Origin: [Candidatus Thermochlorobacteriaceae] bacterium GBChlB
GTDB taxonomy: Bacteria > Bacteroidota > Chlorobiia > Chlorobiales > Thermochlorobacteraceae
Assembly: GCA_000724175.1 (NCBI GenBank)
Contig: JPGV01000015.1
Location: 68,523 to 132,522, forward strand
Direction of reading: 5' to 3'
Length of the DNA: 64,000 nt
In this document: piece by piece, positions 39,760-49,432 of the stretch
Layout of the letters: the number at the start of each line of letters is the position of its first letter
How positions within the stretch are numbered: the first letter of the stretch is position 1
Notes under the pieces: generated by a model
Database searches by the model: none
The model's input: only the letters and a program-made list of their open reading frames with translations
Told to the model about the DNA's origin: nothing
Position numbers and translations under genes: made by a program

Positions 39760-40249
39760 AATATCCCGGTTGTGTTTAACTGCGCTTGTTATTGGGTTTT
39801 TTGTGAATGGCTGCGCAGCGACGAAACCGTTGCAGAGCGAATTGGTAACGGGGCAATGCTCGTGGGACGCATGGAAAGAAAGTGCCAAGTGGCAAAGCTA
39901 CGATGCCGCCGATTATATGCCCGACTCAGCCAGCGTTCAGAAAATTAAAATGTTGGTAAACCAAAATGAGGTGTCGTTTTTATTATTCGGCGGAAGTTGG
40001 TGCGGCGACAGCAAAATCGGTATGCCGAAGATATTAAAATTGATGAACGCTGCTGGCGTGCCGCTCGAAAAACTTGCGATTTACGGCGTCGACCGCCTCA
40101 AAAAAGAAGAAACCGGAACAGCGGAACGGTATAAAGTTCTACGTGTGCCGACGCTCATCGTCCTAAAAGGCAACGCTGAAAAAGGCAGAATTATCGAAGT
40201 GCCCGAAGAAAGCTGGGAAAAAGATTTGGAAAAAATTTTGGAAAAATAA
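39749..40249 (+). CDS. thioredoxin-fold lipoprotein with a CxxS motif
   Basis: Starts MKNKISRLCLTALVIGFFVNGC (lipobox). Contains FGGSWCGDS and RVPTLIV (cis-Pro loop context). The ATG at 39749 overlaps the nadK end by 11 nt. Confidence 0.65.
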   Translation: MKNKISRLCLTALVIGFFVNGCAATKPLQSELVTGQCSWDAWKESAKWQSYDAADYMPDSASVQKIKMLVNQNEVSFLLFGGSWCGDSKIGMPKILKLMNAAGVPLEKLAIYGVDRLKKEETGTAERYKVLRVPTLIVLKGNAEKGRIIEVPEESWEKDLEKILEK

Positions 40250-40290
40250 TTCCTGAAAACTTAAAAAGTAAAAATCGAAAAAGCTATAAA

Positions 40291-43056
40291 ATGAAGACAG
40301 TTTTTGCGCAAAAAGTAATTTTAATAATTTCATTTTTAATACTCTCGATAGCAAAAGCGCAAGAGCCGCCGATGCCGTTTTATCCCAATGGAACGTATGA
40401 CGCGGCGATTCCAACACCTGACTCGGTTATCGGATACGCGCTTGGCAGCCAAGCCACGCGGCACGCCGATGTGTTACGGTATTTCCAAACGCTTGCTGAA
40501 AAATCGCCGCTTGTAAAGTTGGAAACCTTCGGGGAAACGTTTGAACGACGCAAAATGATTTACGCCGTCATTTCCTCGCGCGAAAATTTAGCGCGCTTGA
40601 ACGAAAGTCGCGCCGAAATAGAAAAACTCGCGTCTAGCAAACTCTCCACCGACGCCGCCGCCGCGCTCGCAGAACGCCTGCCAGCCGTTGCATGGATGGC
40701 ATACAATGTTCACGGCAATGAACTCTCAGGCTCAGACGCCGCGATGCAGGTGGCGTATCAACTTGCGGCGGGAACAGATGCGGCCACAGAAAAATTGCGG
40801 AAGGAGCTTATCGTCGTGATTGACCCCTGTGAAAATCCCGACGGCAGAGAGCGGGCGATAAATCAATTTACGCAGTGGTCGGGCGCCGTGCCGAACAGCG
40901 ACGCGCAAAGCCTCAACCACACGGGGACACAGCCAAGCGGCAGGTTCAACCATTACCTGTTTGATATGAACCGCGATTGGCTGGCGATGGTCAATCCCGA
41001 AAGCCAAGCCCGCGTGAAAGCCGTGCAGTCGTGGCACCCACAATTGATGGTCGATGCGCACGAGATGGGGTCATACCAAACGTATTATTTTAATCCGCCC
41101 GACGAGCCGCTCAACCGCAACATTTCCGAGACGACCAAAAAGTGGTGGAAGATCTTTGGAAGTGAGCAAGCCAAAGCCTTTGACCGATACGGATGGAGTT
41201 ACTTCACGCGCGAAACGTACGACGAGTGGTATGCGGGCTACGGCTCGTCGTATCCGCTCTACATCGGCGCGGTCGGCATTCTCTATGAACAAGCTTCGAC
41301 GCAAGGCTCTCTCGTTAAGCGCCCTGACGGCTCGCTCTCGACCTATCGAGACGCGGTGCATCGACAGTTCACCAGTTCACTATCGAATCTGACGACGGCG
41401 GCAAACAATAAAAAAGAGCTCTTGAAAGATTTTTACGAGTTGCGCAAACAAGGCGGTGTAACCGCCAAGGCAAACGAGCCAAAGGTGTTTTACATTTCGC
41501 CTGCCAAACATCAAACGCGCGTCGAGAGGTTATTAGAAAAGCTATTGACGCATAAAATCGATGTGGGTATTGCTGAAAAAGACTTCACCGTTGGCGCGGT
41601 AGATTATTGGACGGGAAAAGAGTCGCCGCGCGCGCTGCCGAAAGGCACGCTGATTATTCCGCTCGACCAGCCCAACGGCAGGCTCGCCAAAGTGATGATG
41701 GAATTCGACCCGCGAATGTCGCTGGAATTTTTGCGCAGCGAGCGTCGTGAGTTAGAAAAAAAGAAGCAGTCAAAAATCTACGATGTAACGGGATGGTCAG
41801 TGCCAATTGCGTATGGCGTGGAGTGTTATTGGAGCGACGCAAAACCATCGGTCGCTGCAAAGTCCGCAGCCATGCCCGCGCCGCCGCAGGGCAGCGTTGA
41901 GAATCCCAACGCCGCTTACGGATTTTTACTCGATTGCTCCGATGAACGCGCGATGCTGGCATTGGCGGCAATGCTCGCCAAAGAGTGCAATGTGCAAGCG
42001 GCAGAAAAACCGTTTGAAATCGCTGGGCGCAGCTATCCGCGCGGAACGCTTCTTTTGCGCAAGGTCGAGAATGCGAAAAATCTTGTCGGCACATTGGAGC
42101 AGATCGCCAAAGAAACAGGCGTAACGATTCGCGGTGTCGGCACGGCGCTCGCAACCAAAGGCCCTGACTTGGGCGGCGGCGAGTTCACACTGTTGGCAAT
42201 GCCGAAAATCGCACTGGTCATTGGCGACGGCGTCGATGCAACGAGCTTCGCGCCGATTTGGAGGTTGCTCGATGCGCATCTCAAACAGCGCGTGAGTTTG
42301 CTCAACGCAAGCGCAATGCTTCGTTATGATTTACAGAAATACAACGTGATAATCCTGCCGAGCGGAAACTATCGACAAACATTGGGCGCGTCGGGCGCGC
42401 GTGCCTTACGGGCGTGGGCGGAACAGGGCGGCACGCTCATCGCTATTGAAGAAGCCGCTGCATTTCTCGCCGACAGTTCAAACGGAATTTCTAATGTTCG
42501 ACTGCGAAGCCAATCGCTCAAAGACCTTGCGTCGTTTGAGACTGCACTGAAGTTGGAATCGAACATCGACAAAAAATTAGACAGTTTGGAAATTTGGGAC
42601 GCGCGCAAAAAAGACGCAGAGAAAAGTGAAAAGCCCGCTTCCAAAGACGATGCAACGATAAGGCTCGAAGATGAACGAGCAAGACTCTTTATGCCGCGTG
42701 GCACGCTGATGACCGTAGAACTCGACGAAGAACATTGGCTCTCTTTCGGTGCAGGCGAGAAAGTGGCGGCGACGATATACACGCCGCATGTGTATTTGTC
42801 CAAATCGCCGATTGAAACGGCTGGTCGATTTGCTGAGGCTGAAAAATTACGCGTGTCGGGACTCTTGTGGCAGGAAGCCCGCGATGTCTGGGCGCGGTCG
42901 GCGTATCTGACGCGCGAAGCCAAGGGCAGAGGTCAAGTGATTTTATTCGCCGGCGAACCGAATTTCAGAGCGTATTTTCACGCAACCGAACGGCTCTTGC
43001 TGAATGCGATTTATTACGGCGTCGGATTTGGCACGCGCCGCACGGTGGCATGGTAA
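40291..43056 (+). CDS. large secreted M14-family zinc carboxypeptidase-like protein
   Basis: 921 aa with a signal peptide. M14 motifs YNVHGNELSGSDA and DPCENPDGRE, with a later HEMG. The C-terminal 500 aa or so include a GATase1-like/ThuA-like region (KIALVIGDG...NVIILPSGNY...GGTLIAIE). Confidence 0.8.
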   Translation: MKTVFAQKVILIISFLILSIAKAQEPPMPFYPNGTYDAAIPTPDSVIGYALGSQATRHADVLRYFQTLAEKSPLVKLETFGETFERRKMIYAVISSRENLARLNESRAEIEKLASSKLSTDAAAALAERLPAVAWMAYNVHGNELSGSDAAMQVAYQLAAGTDAATEKLRKELIVVIDPCENPDGRERAINQFTQWSGAVPNSDAQSLNHTGTQPSGRFNHYLFDMNRDWLAMVNPESQARVKAVQSWHPQLMVDAHEMGSYQTYYFNPPDEPLNRNISETTKKWWKIFGSEQAKAFDRYGWSYFTRETYDEWYAGYGSSYPLYIGAVGILYEQASTQGSLVKRPDGSLSTYRDAVHRQFTSSLSNLTTAANNKKELLKDFYELRKQGGVTAKANEPKVFYISPAKHQTRVERLLEKLLTHKIDVGIAEKDFTVGAVDYWTGKESPRALPKGTLIIPLDQPNGRLAKVMMEFDPRMSLEFLRSERRELEKKKQSKIYDVTGWSVPIAYGVECYWSDAKPSVAAKSAAMPAPPQGSVENPNAAYGFLLDCSDERAMLALAAMLAKECNVQAAEKPFEIAGRSYPRGTLLLRKVENAKNLVGTLEQIAKETGVTIRGVGTALATKGPDLGGGEFTLLAMPKIALVIGDGVDATSFAPIWRLLDAHLKQRVSLLNASAMLRYDLQKYNVIILPSGNYRQTLGASGARALRAWAEQGGTLIAIEEAAAFLADSSNGISNVRLRSQSLKDLASFETALKLESNIDKKLDSLEIWDARKKDAEKSEKPASKDDATIRLEDERARLFMPRGTLMTVELDEEHWLSFGAGEKVAATIYTPHVYLSKSPIETAGRFAEAEKLRVSGLLWQEARDVWARSAYLTREAKGRGQVILFAGEPNFRAYFHATERLLLNAIYYGVGFGTRRTVAW

Positions 43057-43184
43057 GTGGAATGTAAAAACATCGTGAAGCGTTGACGGTCGCTCAACTA
43101 CGCGGCTCGAGACCATACCACAAAGTCCGTCACGAAGTCCGTATATTCCGAAAAAGTCTTTCAAACCACATTAGGTATCAGGTT

Positions 43185-44602
<1,418 letters not shown>

Positions 44603-44607
44603 GCGAA

Positions 44608-45693
44608 ATGCAGTTCCCCATCATGAGAGTCGCCTTGTCGCTCTGTCTTATCATCGGTTGTCAACCGTTGTCAAATCAAGCCAGAACAGGCCATGCCGAA
44701 AAAATAACCATTGAGAAATCAACGACCGTTCAACAAGACCAAACGAAACTGCTTACGCCGATGCACCCTTTTGACGCCGATTCGCTCTACCCGAATCCCG
44801 ACCTTACGCCCGACCAAGTTGTGAGCATTCAACTGGCGGCGCTCAAACAAAACGATGTGCCGACGCCCGATTTCGGCATCGAGGTCGCGTTTCGCTTCGC
44901 CTCGCCTGAAAACAAACAAGTTACCGCGCCGCTTGAGCGTTTCATTGAGCTTGTCCACAATCCGCTTTACGCGCCAATGCTGAACTACGATGGCGATGAG
45001 CGCGGCGCAATGAACATCGTCGGCAACCGAGCCGAACAAAAAGTCGTCCTGATTGACAAGACTGGAAAAGCCGCGAGCTACCTGTTTATGCTCTCTAAGC
45101 AACCTGCGGGCGAATACAAAGATTGCTGGATGACCGACGGCGTCGTCCGTTTGGAAACGCAGTCCGCCGCATCAAACGACACGACGCGCAAGAGACTCTC
45201 GCCCAAAGAAAAACTGGACAGCTTGAGCACCCTGTTTGCGCAGCTCAAAGTGGCTAAGACGGAATTGGAGACGGAGCGCCTGCAAGCTGAAATTTGGGAA
45301 CTGTGGATGGAGAGCGGCAGAGAGGATATTGACGTGCTCATGACAAAAGGCATCGAAGAAATGTCGTTAGGAAATTATAGCCGCGCGATTGACGTCTTTA
45401 ACGCCGTTACCGAACTGGCGCCGGAGTTTGCCGAGGGCTGGAACAAACGCGCCACCGCGCATTACCTCAACGGCGACTTTAAAAATTCTATGAAAGATAT
45501 CGAGAAAACACTTGCCTTAGAGCCGCGACACTTCGGCGCAATTTCCGGCTTGGGCATGATTTACATTGCCGTCGGCAACACGCGTGGCGCATTGAAAGCT
45601 TACGAAACTGCGCTCATGCTCAGCCCAAAGCAACGCGGCTTGAAAACCCTCGTCGAGGAACTGCGGCGTAAATTGGGCATTCGAGAAATGTAA
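44608..45693 (+). CDS. lipoprotein with a DUF4864-like N-terminal domain and C-terminal TPR repeats
   Basis: Lipobox LIIGC. VVSIQLAALKQND...FRFASPEN is DUF4864-like. The C-terminus has EGWNKRATAHYL...LEPRHFGAISGLGMIY TPR units. Starts 5 nt after the FNR gene. Confidence 0.65.
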   Translation: MQFPIMRVALSLCLIIGCQPLSNQARTGHAEKITIEKSTTVQQDQTKLLTPMHPFDADSLYPNPDLTPDQVVSIQLAALKQNDVPTPDFGIEVAFRFASPENKQVTAPLERFIELVHNPLYAPMLNYDGDERGAMNIVGNRAEQKVVLIDKTGKAASYLFMLSKQPAGEYKDCWMTDGVVRLETQSAASNDTTRKRLSPKEKLDSLSTLFAQLKVAKTELETERLQAEIWELWMESGREDIDVLMTKGIEEMSLGNYSRAIDVFNAVTELAPEFAEGWNKRATAHYLNGDFKNSMKDIEKTLALEPRHFGAISGLGMIYIAVGNTRGALKAYETALMLSPKQRGLKTLVEELRRKLGIREM

Positions 45694-45810
45694 ACCGCTC
45701 GTGCGAACTAAGTGAAACAATCGCGCGAAAGCGAGCGACGGCGAATCGCTCTGAAAGTTCGAGATGAGCCAATAACGCTTTAAAAAACTTTTAGACCAAC
45801 ATCGTAACCA

Positions 45811-46707
45811 ATGTCGAAACATCTTGTCAAAGTTGGGCTTGTGCAGCGTCGCGCCTCGCCGAATCCCGAAGAAAACATGACGCGAACCATCGCGGGCATT
45901 CGGGAAGCAGCCGCAAAGGGCGCACAAATTGTCTCCACGCAAGAGATGTTCACCACGCTTTACTTTTGTCAAACAGAAGATTACAAGCCGTTTGACTTCG
46001 CCGAACCCATACCGGGCGAGACGACTGAAAGGCTCTCTGCGGTTGCCAAAGAGCTTGGCGTCGTCATCGTCGCCGCGCTGTTCGAAAAGCGCACGCAGGG
46101 CGTTTATCACAACACCGCCGCCGTCATTGATGCCGACGGAACTTACTTGGGCAAGTATCGCAAGATGCACATTCCCGACGACCCGGGCTTCTACGAGAAA
46201 TTTTATTTTACGCCCGGCGACTTGGGCTTCAAAGTCTTTAAAACCAAATTTGCAACCATCGGCGTCTTGATTTGCTGGGATCAGTGGTATCCCGAAGCGG
46301 CGCGATTGACCGCGCTTCAAGGGGCGCAGATTTTGTTTTATCCAACCGCGATTGGCTGGGCGACATCGGAACACGACGAAGCCACGCGCACCGCGCAGCA
46401 TCACGCATGGGAGATGATGCAACGCAGCCATGCGATTGCCAACGGCGTTTATGTGGCAGCAACGAACCGCATCGGCACGGAGTTTTCGCCCGAACATCCA
46501 AACGACGGCTTACAGTTCTGGGGACAAAGTTTTATTGCCTCACCTTTCGGCGTTCTGTTAGCAAAAGGCTCAATTGAAAACGAGGAAGTCGTGATTGCCG
46601 AGTGCGATTTATCACGCATTGATTTTTACCGACAGCATTGGCCCTTTATGCGAGACCGCCGCATTGATGCCTACGAACCAATGACAAAACGATTCATCGA
46701 CAACTGA
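45811..46707 (+). CDS. aguB: carbon-nitrogen hydrolase, N-carbamoylputrescine amidase-like
   Basis: 298 aa. Nitrilase-superfamily triad context: QEMFTTLYFC (Glu), YRKMHIP (Lys), GVLICWDQWYPE (Cys). Confidence 0.75.
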   Translation: MSKHLVKVGLVQRRASPNPEENMTRTIAGIREAAAKGAQIVSTQEMFTTLYFCQTEDYKPFDFAEPIPGETTERLSAVAKELGVVIVAALFEKRTQGVYHNTAAVIDADGTYLGKYRKMHIPDDPGFYEKFYFTPGDLGFKVFKTKFATIGVLICWDQWYPEAARLTALQGAQILFYPTAIGWATSEHDEATRTAQHHAWEMMQRSHAIANGVYVAATNRIGTEFSPEHPNDGLQFWGQSFIASPFGVLLAKGSIENEEVVIAECDLSRIDFYRQHWPFMRDRRIDAYEPMTKRFIDN

Positions 46708-46726
46708 TACCTTCTGAACTTAAACA

Positions 46727-47017
46727 GTGTTCAACGATGCAGGATTTTTTTGGAGAACAGTTTTAACGGTTGGGACGACCGTATTTCTTGCGGAACTCGG
46801 CGACAAGACGCAACTGGCGACAGTGATGTTCGCGGCGGGCAAAGAAACGAGCAAGTGGGCGGTGTTTTTGGGGTCGGCAGTGGCGTTGGTGTGCGCGTCG
46901 GCAATCGGCGTCGCCGTCGGCGCGCAGCTCGAGAAAGTCATCTCGCCGGAGTTGCTTAGGCGCATCGCGGGCGCCGGGTTTGTCGTCATTGGCGTCTGGA
47001 CATTTTTCTCGAAGTAA
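46727..47017 (+). CDS. half-size UPF0016 (GDT1/TMEM165-family) cation transporter subunit
   Basis: 96 aa, GTG start, three hydrophobic segments, and a single E-x-G-D-K-T motif (AELGDKTQLATV). Confidence 0.7.
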   Translation: MFNDAGFFWRTVLTVGTTVFLAELGDKTQLATVMFAAGKETSKWAVFLGSAVALVCASAIGVAVGAQLEKVISPELLRRIAGAGFVVIGVWTFFSK

Positions 47018-47020
47018 AAT

Positions 47021-47032
47021 CGCTATATTTGC
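47021..47032 (+). promoter_or_regulatory. CGCTATATTTGC box (contains TAnnTTTG), candidate -7 promoter element
   Basis: The identical 12-mer also occurs at 22874-22885 upstream of prs. Lies 160 nt upstream of the first barrel gene. Confidence 0.25.
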
Positions 47033-47191
47033 ACCGCATCTGCCTCATAAACAAAAGAGCGGGTATGATAAAAGCGATTCCTCTCCTCTTGCGCAGTTAC
47101 AGCTTGAGCTTATGGGCTACAACGGCATCGGTGTATCAATGGCGCTTACAGCCAAATGAGTTCCGTCTCTAAACTCTAAAATCCAAAGGCA

Positions 47192-47791
47192 ATGAAAAAA
47201 CTAGGACTACTTCTCGCGCTGTTTTTGATTAGCTCAATGGCACAAGCGCAACTGCCGACGCTCATTTCCATTCGCGGCGGTGTGGGCGGCGGGCTGAGTG
47301 TGGGCAGCCAAACGCAAAGCGTAACGGTGGCAGGACGAACCGTGAACTCCTCCGTCAGTTACTCGGGCTGGAACATTCTCGGAAAGGCAAAAATCACGCC
47401 GCCGATTTCGCCCTTTACGGTAGTGGGGTTGGTCAGCTACAACTCATTCAGCGGTAGCGTCAGCGCAGGCGGCACCACCGTAACGTTTTCAGAACAAACC
47501 AGCGTGCTCAACCCGGCCATCGGCATTGAGTTTAACATCTTGCCGATACCCATTCTTTCCCCCTACCTTGCAGCGGACTTAGGCGTGTATTCAACATCAG
47601 TTTCAAATACGACGAGAACGCGGACGGGCATTGGGGTTGGCGCGGGCGCGGAACTCTCTATTCCGCTTGTGCCGATTGCCTTCGACTTGGAAGCAAAATA
47701 CCGATTCGCCAATCTCATTGGAAAAGAGAACAACGAAGAGGCATTTAATTACTTTCAAGTCTCCGTGATGATTATGTTTAAAATTCTCTAA
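47192..47791 (+). CDS. small outer-membrane beta-barrel protein (paralog 1)
   Basis: 199 aa. Signal peptide ...SSMAQAQ, alternating hydrophobic beta-strand pattern, and a terminal ...FNYFQVSVMIMFKIL. Confidence 0.7.
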   Translation: MKKLGLLLALFLISSMAQAQLPTLISIRGGVGGGLSVGSQTQSVTVAGRTVNSSVSYSGWNILGKAKITPPISPFTVVGLVSYNSFSGSVSAGGTTVTFSEQTSVLNPAIGIEFNILPIPILSPYLAADLGVYSTSVSNTTRTRTGIGVGAGAELSIPLVPIAFDLEAKYRFANLIGKENNEEAFNYFQVSVMIMFKIL

Positions 47792-47809
47792 CTCTATTGG
47801 AACGCAAAT

Positions 47810-48487
47810 ATGAAAAAATATGTGCTTGTGCTGCTGACCGCGTCTGTCGCCATCTCCGCCTCGGCGCAGATTCCCGGGCTGCCGCAACTGCTGACAATAG
47901 AGGGTGGCATTGGCGGCGGGCTGTCGAGCGGCGGACAAGATTTTGCACTGGTAGGCAACGGCGTCAATTTCAATAGCTTGACCAATGCGCCTTTAAGCGG
48001 GCTGAACGTGTCGGGCAAACTTAAAATTATGCCACCACTCATTCCGCTTCGCATTGTCGGGTTTGTCAATTACAACTTGCTCTCGACCAATACGAACACA
48101 TCGACGACGATTCCGAACACGAGCATTCCCATCAATACGAATCCGTTTGCGCCGACGGGCAGCCGTGTCAATGTCTTGAATGTCGGTGCGGGCGTGGAGT
48201 TTTCGCCGTTGCCGTTGCCGATAATCACGCCGTATGTGGCTCTGGACTTCGGCTTGTATAATATCACGCCTGAAAATAAATCATCATATACACGCTATGG
48301 GCTTGGCGCTGGCATTGGGATTGAATTTTCGCCGCCGCTCATTCCGCTTTCCTTCGACATTGAAGGGAAATATCGCTTGGCGAATTTGACGGGCAGAGAA
48401 AATATCACGCTCTCCAACGCAACCGCGCAGGAAAATTCGTTCAACTTCTTCCAACTATCCGTACTGCTGATGTTCAAACTTCTTTAA
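47810..48487 (+). CDS. small outer-membrane beta-barrel protein (paralog 2)
   Basis: 225 aa. Alignable end-to-end by eye with 47192-47791. Ends ...FNFFQLSVLLMFKLL. Confidence 0.7.
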   Translation: MKKYVLVLLTASVAISASAQIPGLPQLLTIEGGIGGGLSSGGQDFALVGNGVNFNSLTNAPLSGLNVSGKLKIMPPLIPLRIVGFVNYNLLSTNTNTSTTIPNTSIPINTNPFAPTGSRVNVLNVGAGVEFSPLPLPIITPYVALDFGLYNITPENKSSYTRYGLGAGIGIEFSPPLIPLSFDIEGKYRLANLTGRENITLSNATAQENSFNFFQLSVLLMFKLL

Positions 48488-48509
48488 TTTTAACCAAACG
48501 AGGTAATTT

Positions 48510-49274
48510 ATGCGCAATTGTGTTGCAGTTCTCGTGCTGCTGTTCGTATCCGCAAAAGCCGTCGCACAGTTCGAGGGCGTGATTGAAATGAAAATGACGT
48601 CGTCGGAAAACGAGATGAGCGGCGAGATGAAAATGATGCTCGTCAAATCGGCGATGCGCATCGAGTCGAACATCAAGACCGAAAAGATGCCCGTCAAAAT
48701 GACGATGCTCATGAAGCTCAACGACCAAGACAAAATGTATATGCTCAACGACGAGGCGAAAACCTACACCGAACTCAATCTCAAAGAAGCCCGCGAAAGA
48801 AGCAACGCTATGACGAAAGACCGCAAGGTAACCGTCAAGAAATTGGGCAAGGAAAAAATCTTGGGATATAACTGCGACCATATCATGGTAACGCAGGAAG
48901 GGTTAGACGAAGGCACGGAAATGTGGGTCTCGAAAGACGTCATTGACTATTCCTTTTATGAAAAGTTCCAAGCGGCGAATCAAGGTGGCGGCGGCAACTA
49001 CGCCAAAGCCTTGAAAGACGCAGGCGCAGATGGGTTCCCGCTTAAAACCGTGAGCGGAAAAGTTACAAGCGAAGTAACAAAGATCACCAAAGGCGCGCCC
49101 GCCGCGGCCATGTTCGAAATTCCGAAAGGATACAAGCAGGTCGGAGTGATGGAAAATATGATGAACATGATGTCGCCCGAACAGCGCAAACAAATGGAAG
49201 AAAGCATGAAAAATATGACGCCCGAACAGCGCAAGATGATGGAAGAGATGATGAAAGGCAAGCAGCCGAAGTAG
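48510..49274 (+). CDS. secreted DUF4412-like protein, extremely Met-rich, with a repeated (M)[ST]PEQRK tail
   Basis: 254 aa. Signal peptide ...SAKAVAQ. Contains FEGVIEMKM and KILGYNCDH (DUF4412-like blocks, recalled). 30 Met by manual count. Confidence 0.65.
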   Translation: MRNCVAVLVLLFVSAKAVAQFEGVIEMKMTSSENEMSGEMKMMLVKSAMRIESNIKTEKMPVKMTMLMKLNDQDKMYMLNDEAKTYTELNLKEARERSNAMTKDRKVTVKKLGKEKILGYNCDHIMVTQEGLDEGTEMWVSKDVIDYSFYEKFQAANQGGGGNYAKALKDAGADGFPLKTVSGKVTSEVTKITKGAPAAAMFEIPKGYKQVGVMENMMNMMSPEQRKQMEESMKNMTPEQRKMMEEMMKGKQPK

Positions 49275-49299
49275 TCAGCCAAGTAAAATGCACGCGACG

Positions 49300-49336
49300 C
49301 AGCCGTTTCGAGGAACGTCGGAACGGCTGTTTGTTT
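49300..49336 (+). terminator. intrinsic terminator after the DUF4412 gene
   Basis: CAGCCGTT, a 14-nt loop, AACGGCTG, then TTTGTTT. Confidence 0.6.
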
Positions 49337-49432
49337 CGAGCCACGCAAAGAGCGGCGCTTGTGAGAGTGAAAATTTTGTTGCACGTTAGCATCTGCAATT
49401 CTGACGAGTCTCAAACACCTAATGCAGCCATA

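Noticed and set aside
45517-46497. 326-aa ORF on the minus strand, the longest unexplained ORF in the track
   Set aside because: It is fully antisense to the well-supported aguB-like nitrilase-family gene and the end of the TPR lipoprotein gene. Its product is R/G/F/C-rich with no motifs, which is typical of a shadow ORF in moderately GC-rich DNA.
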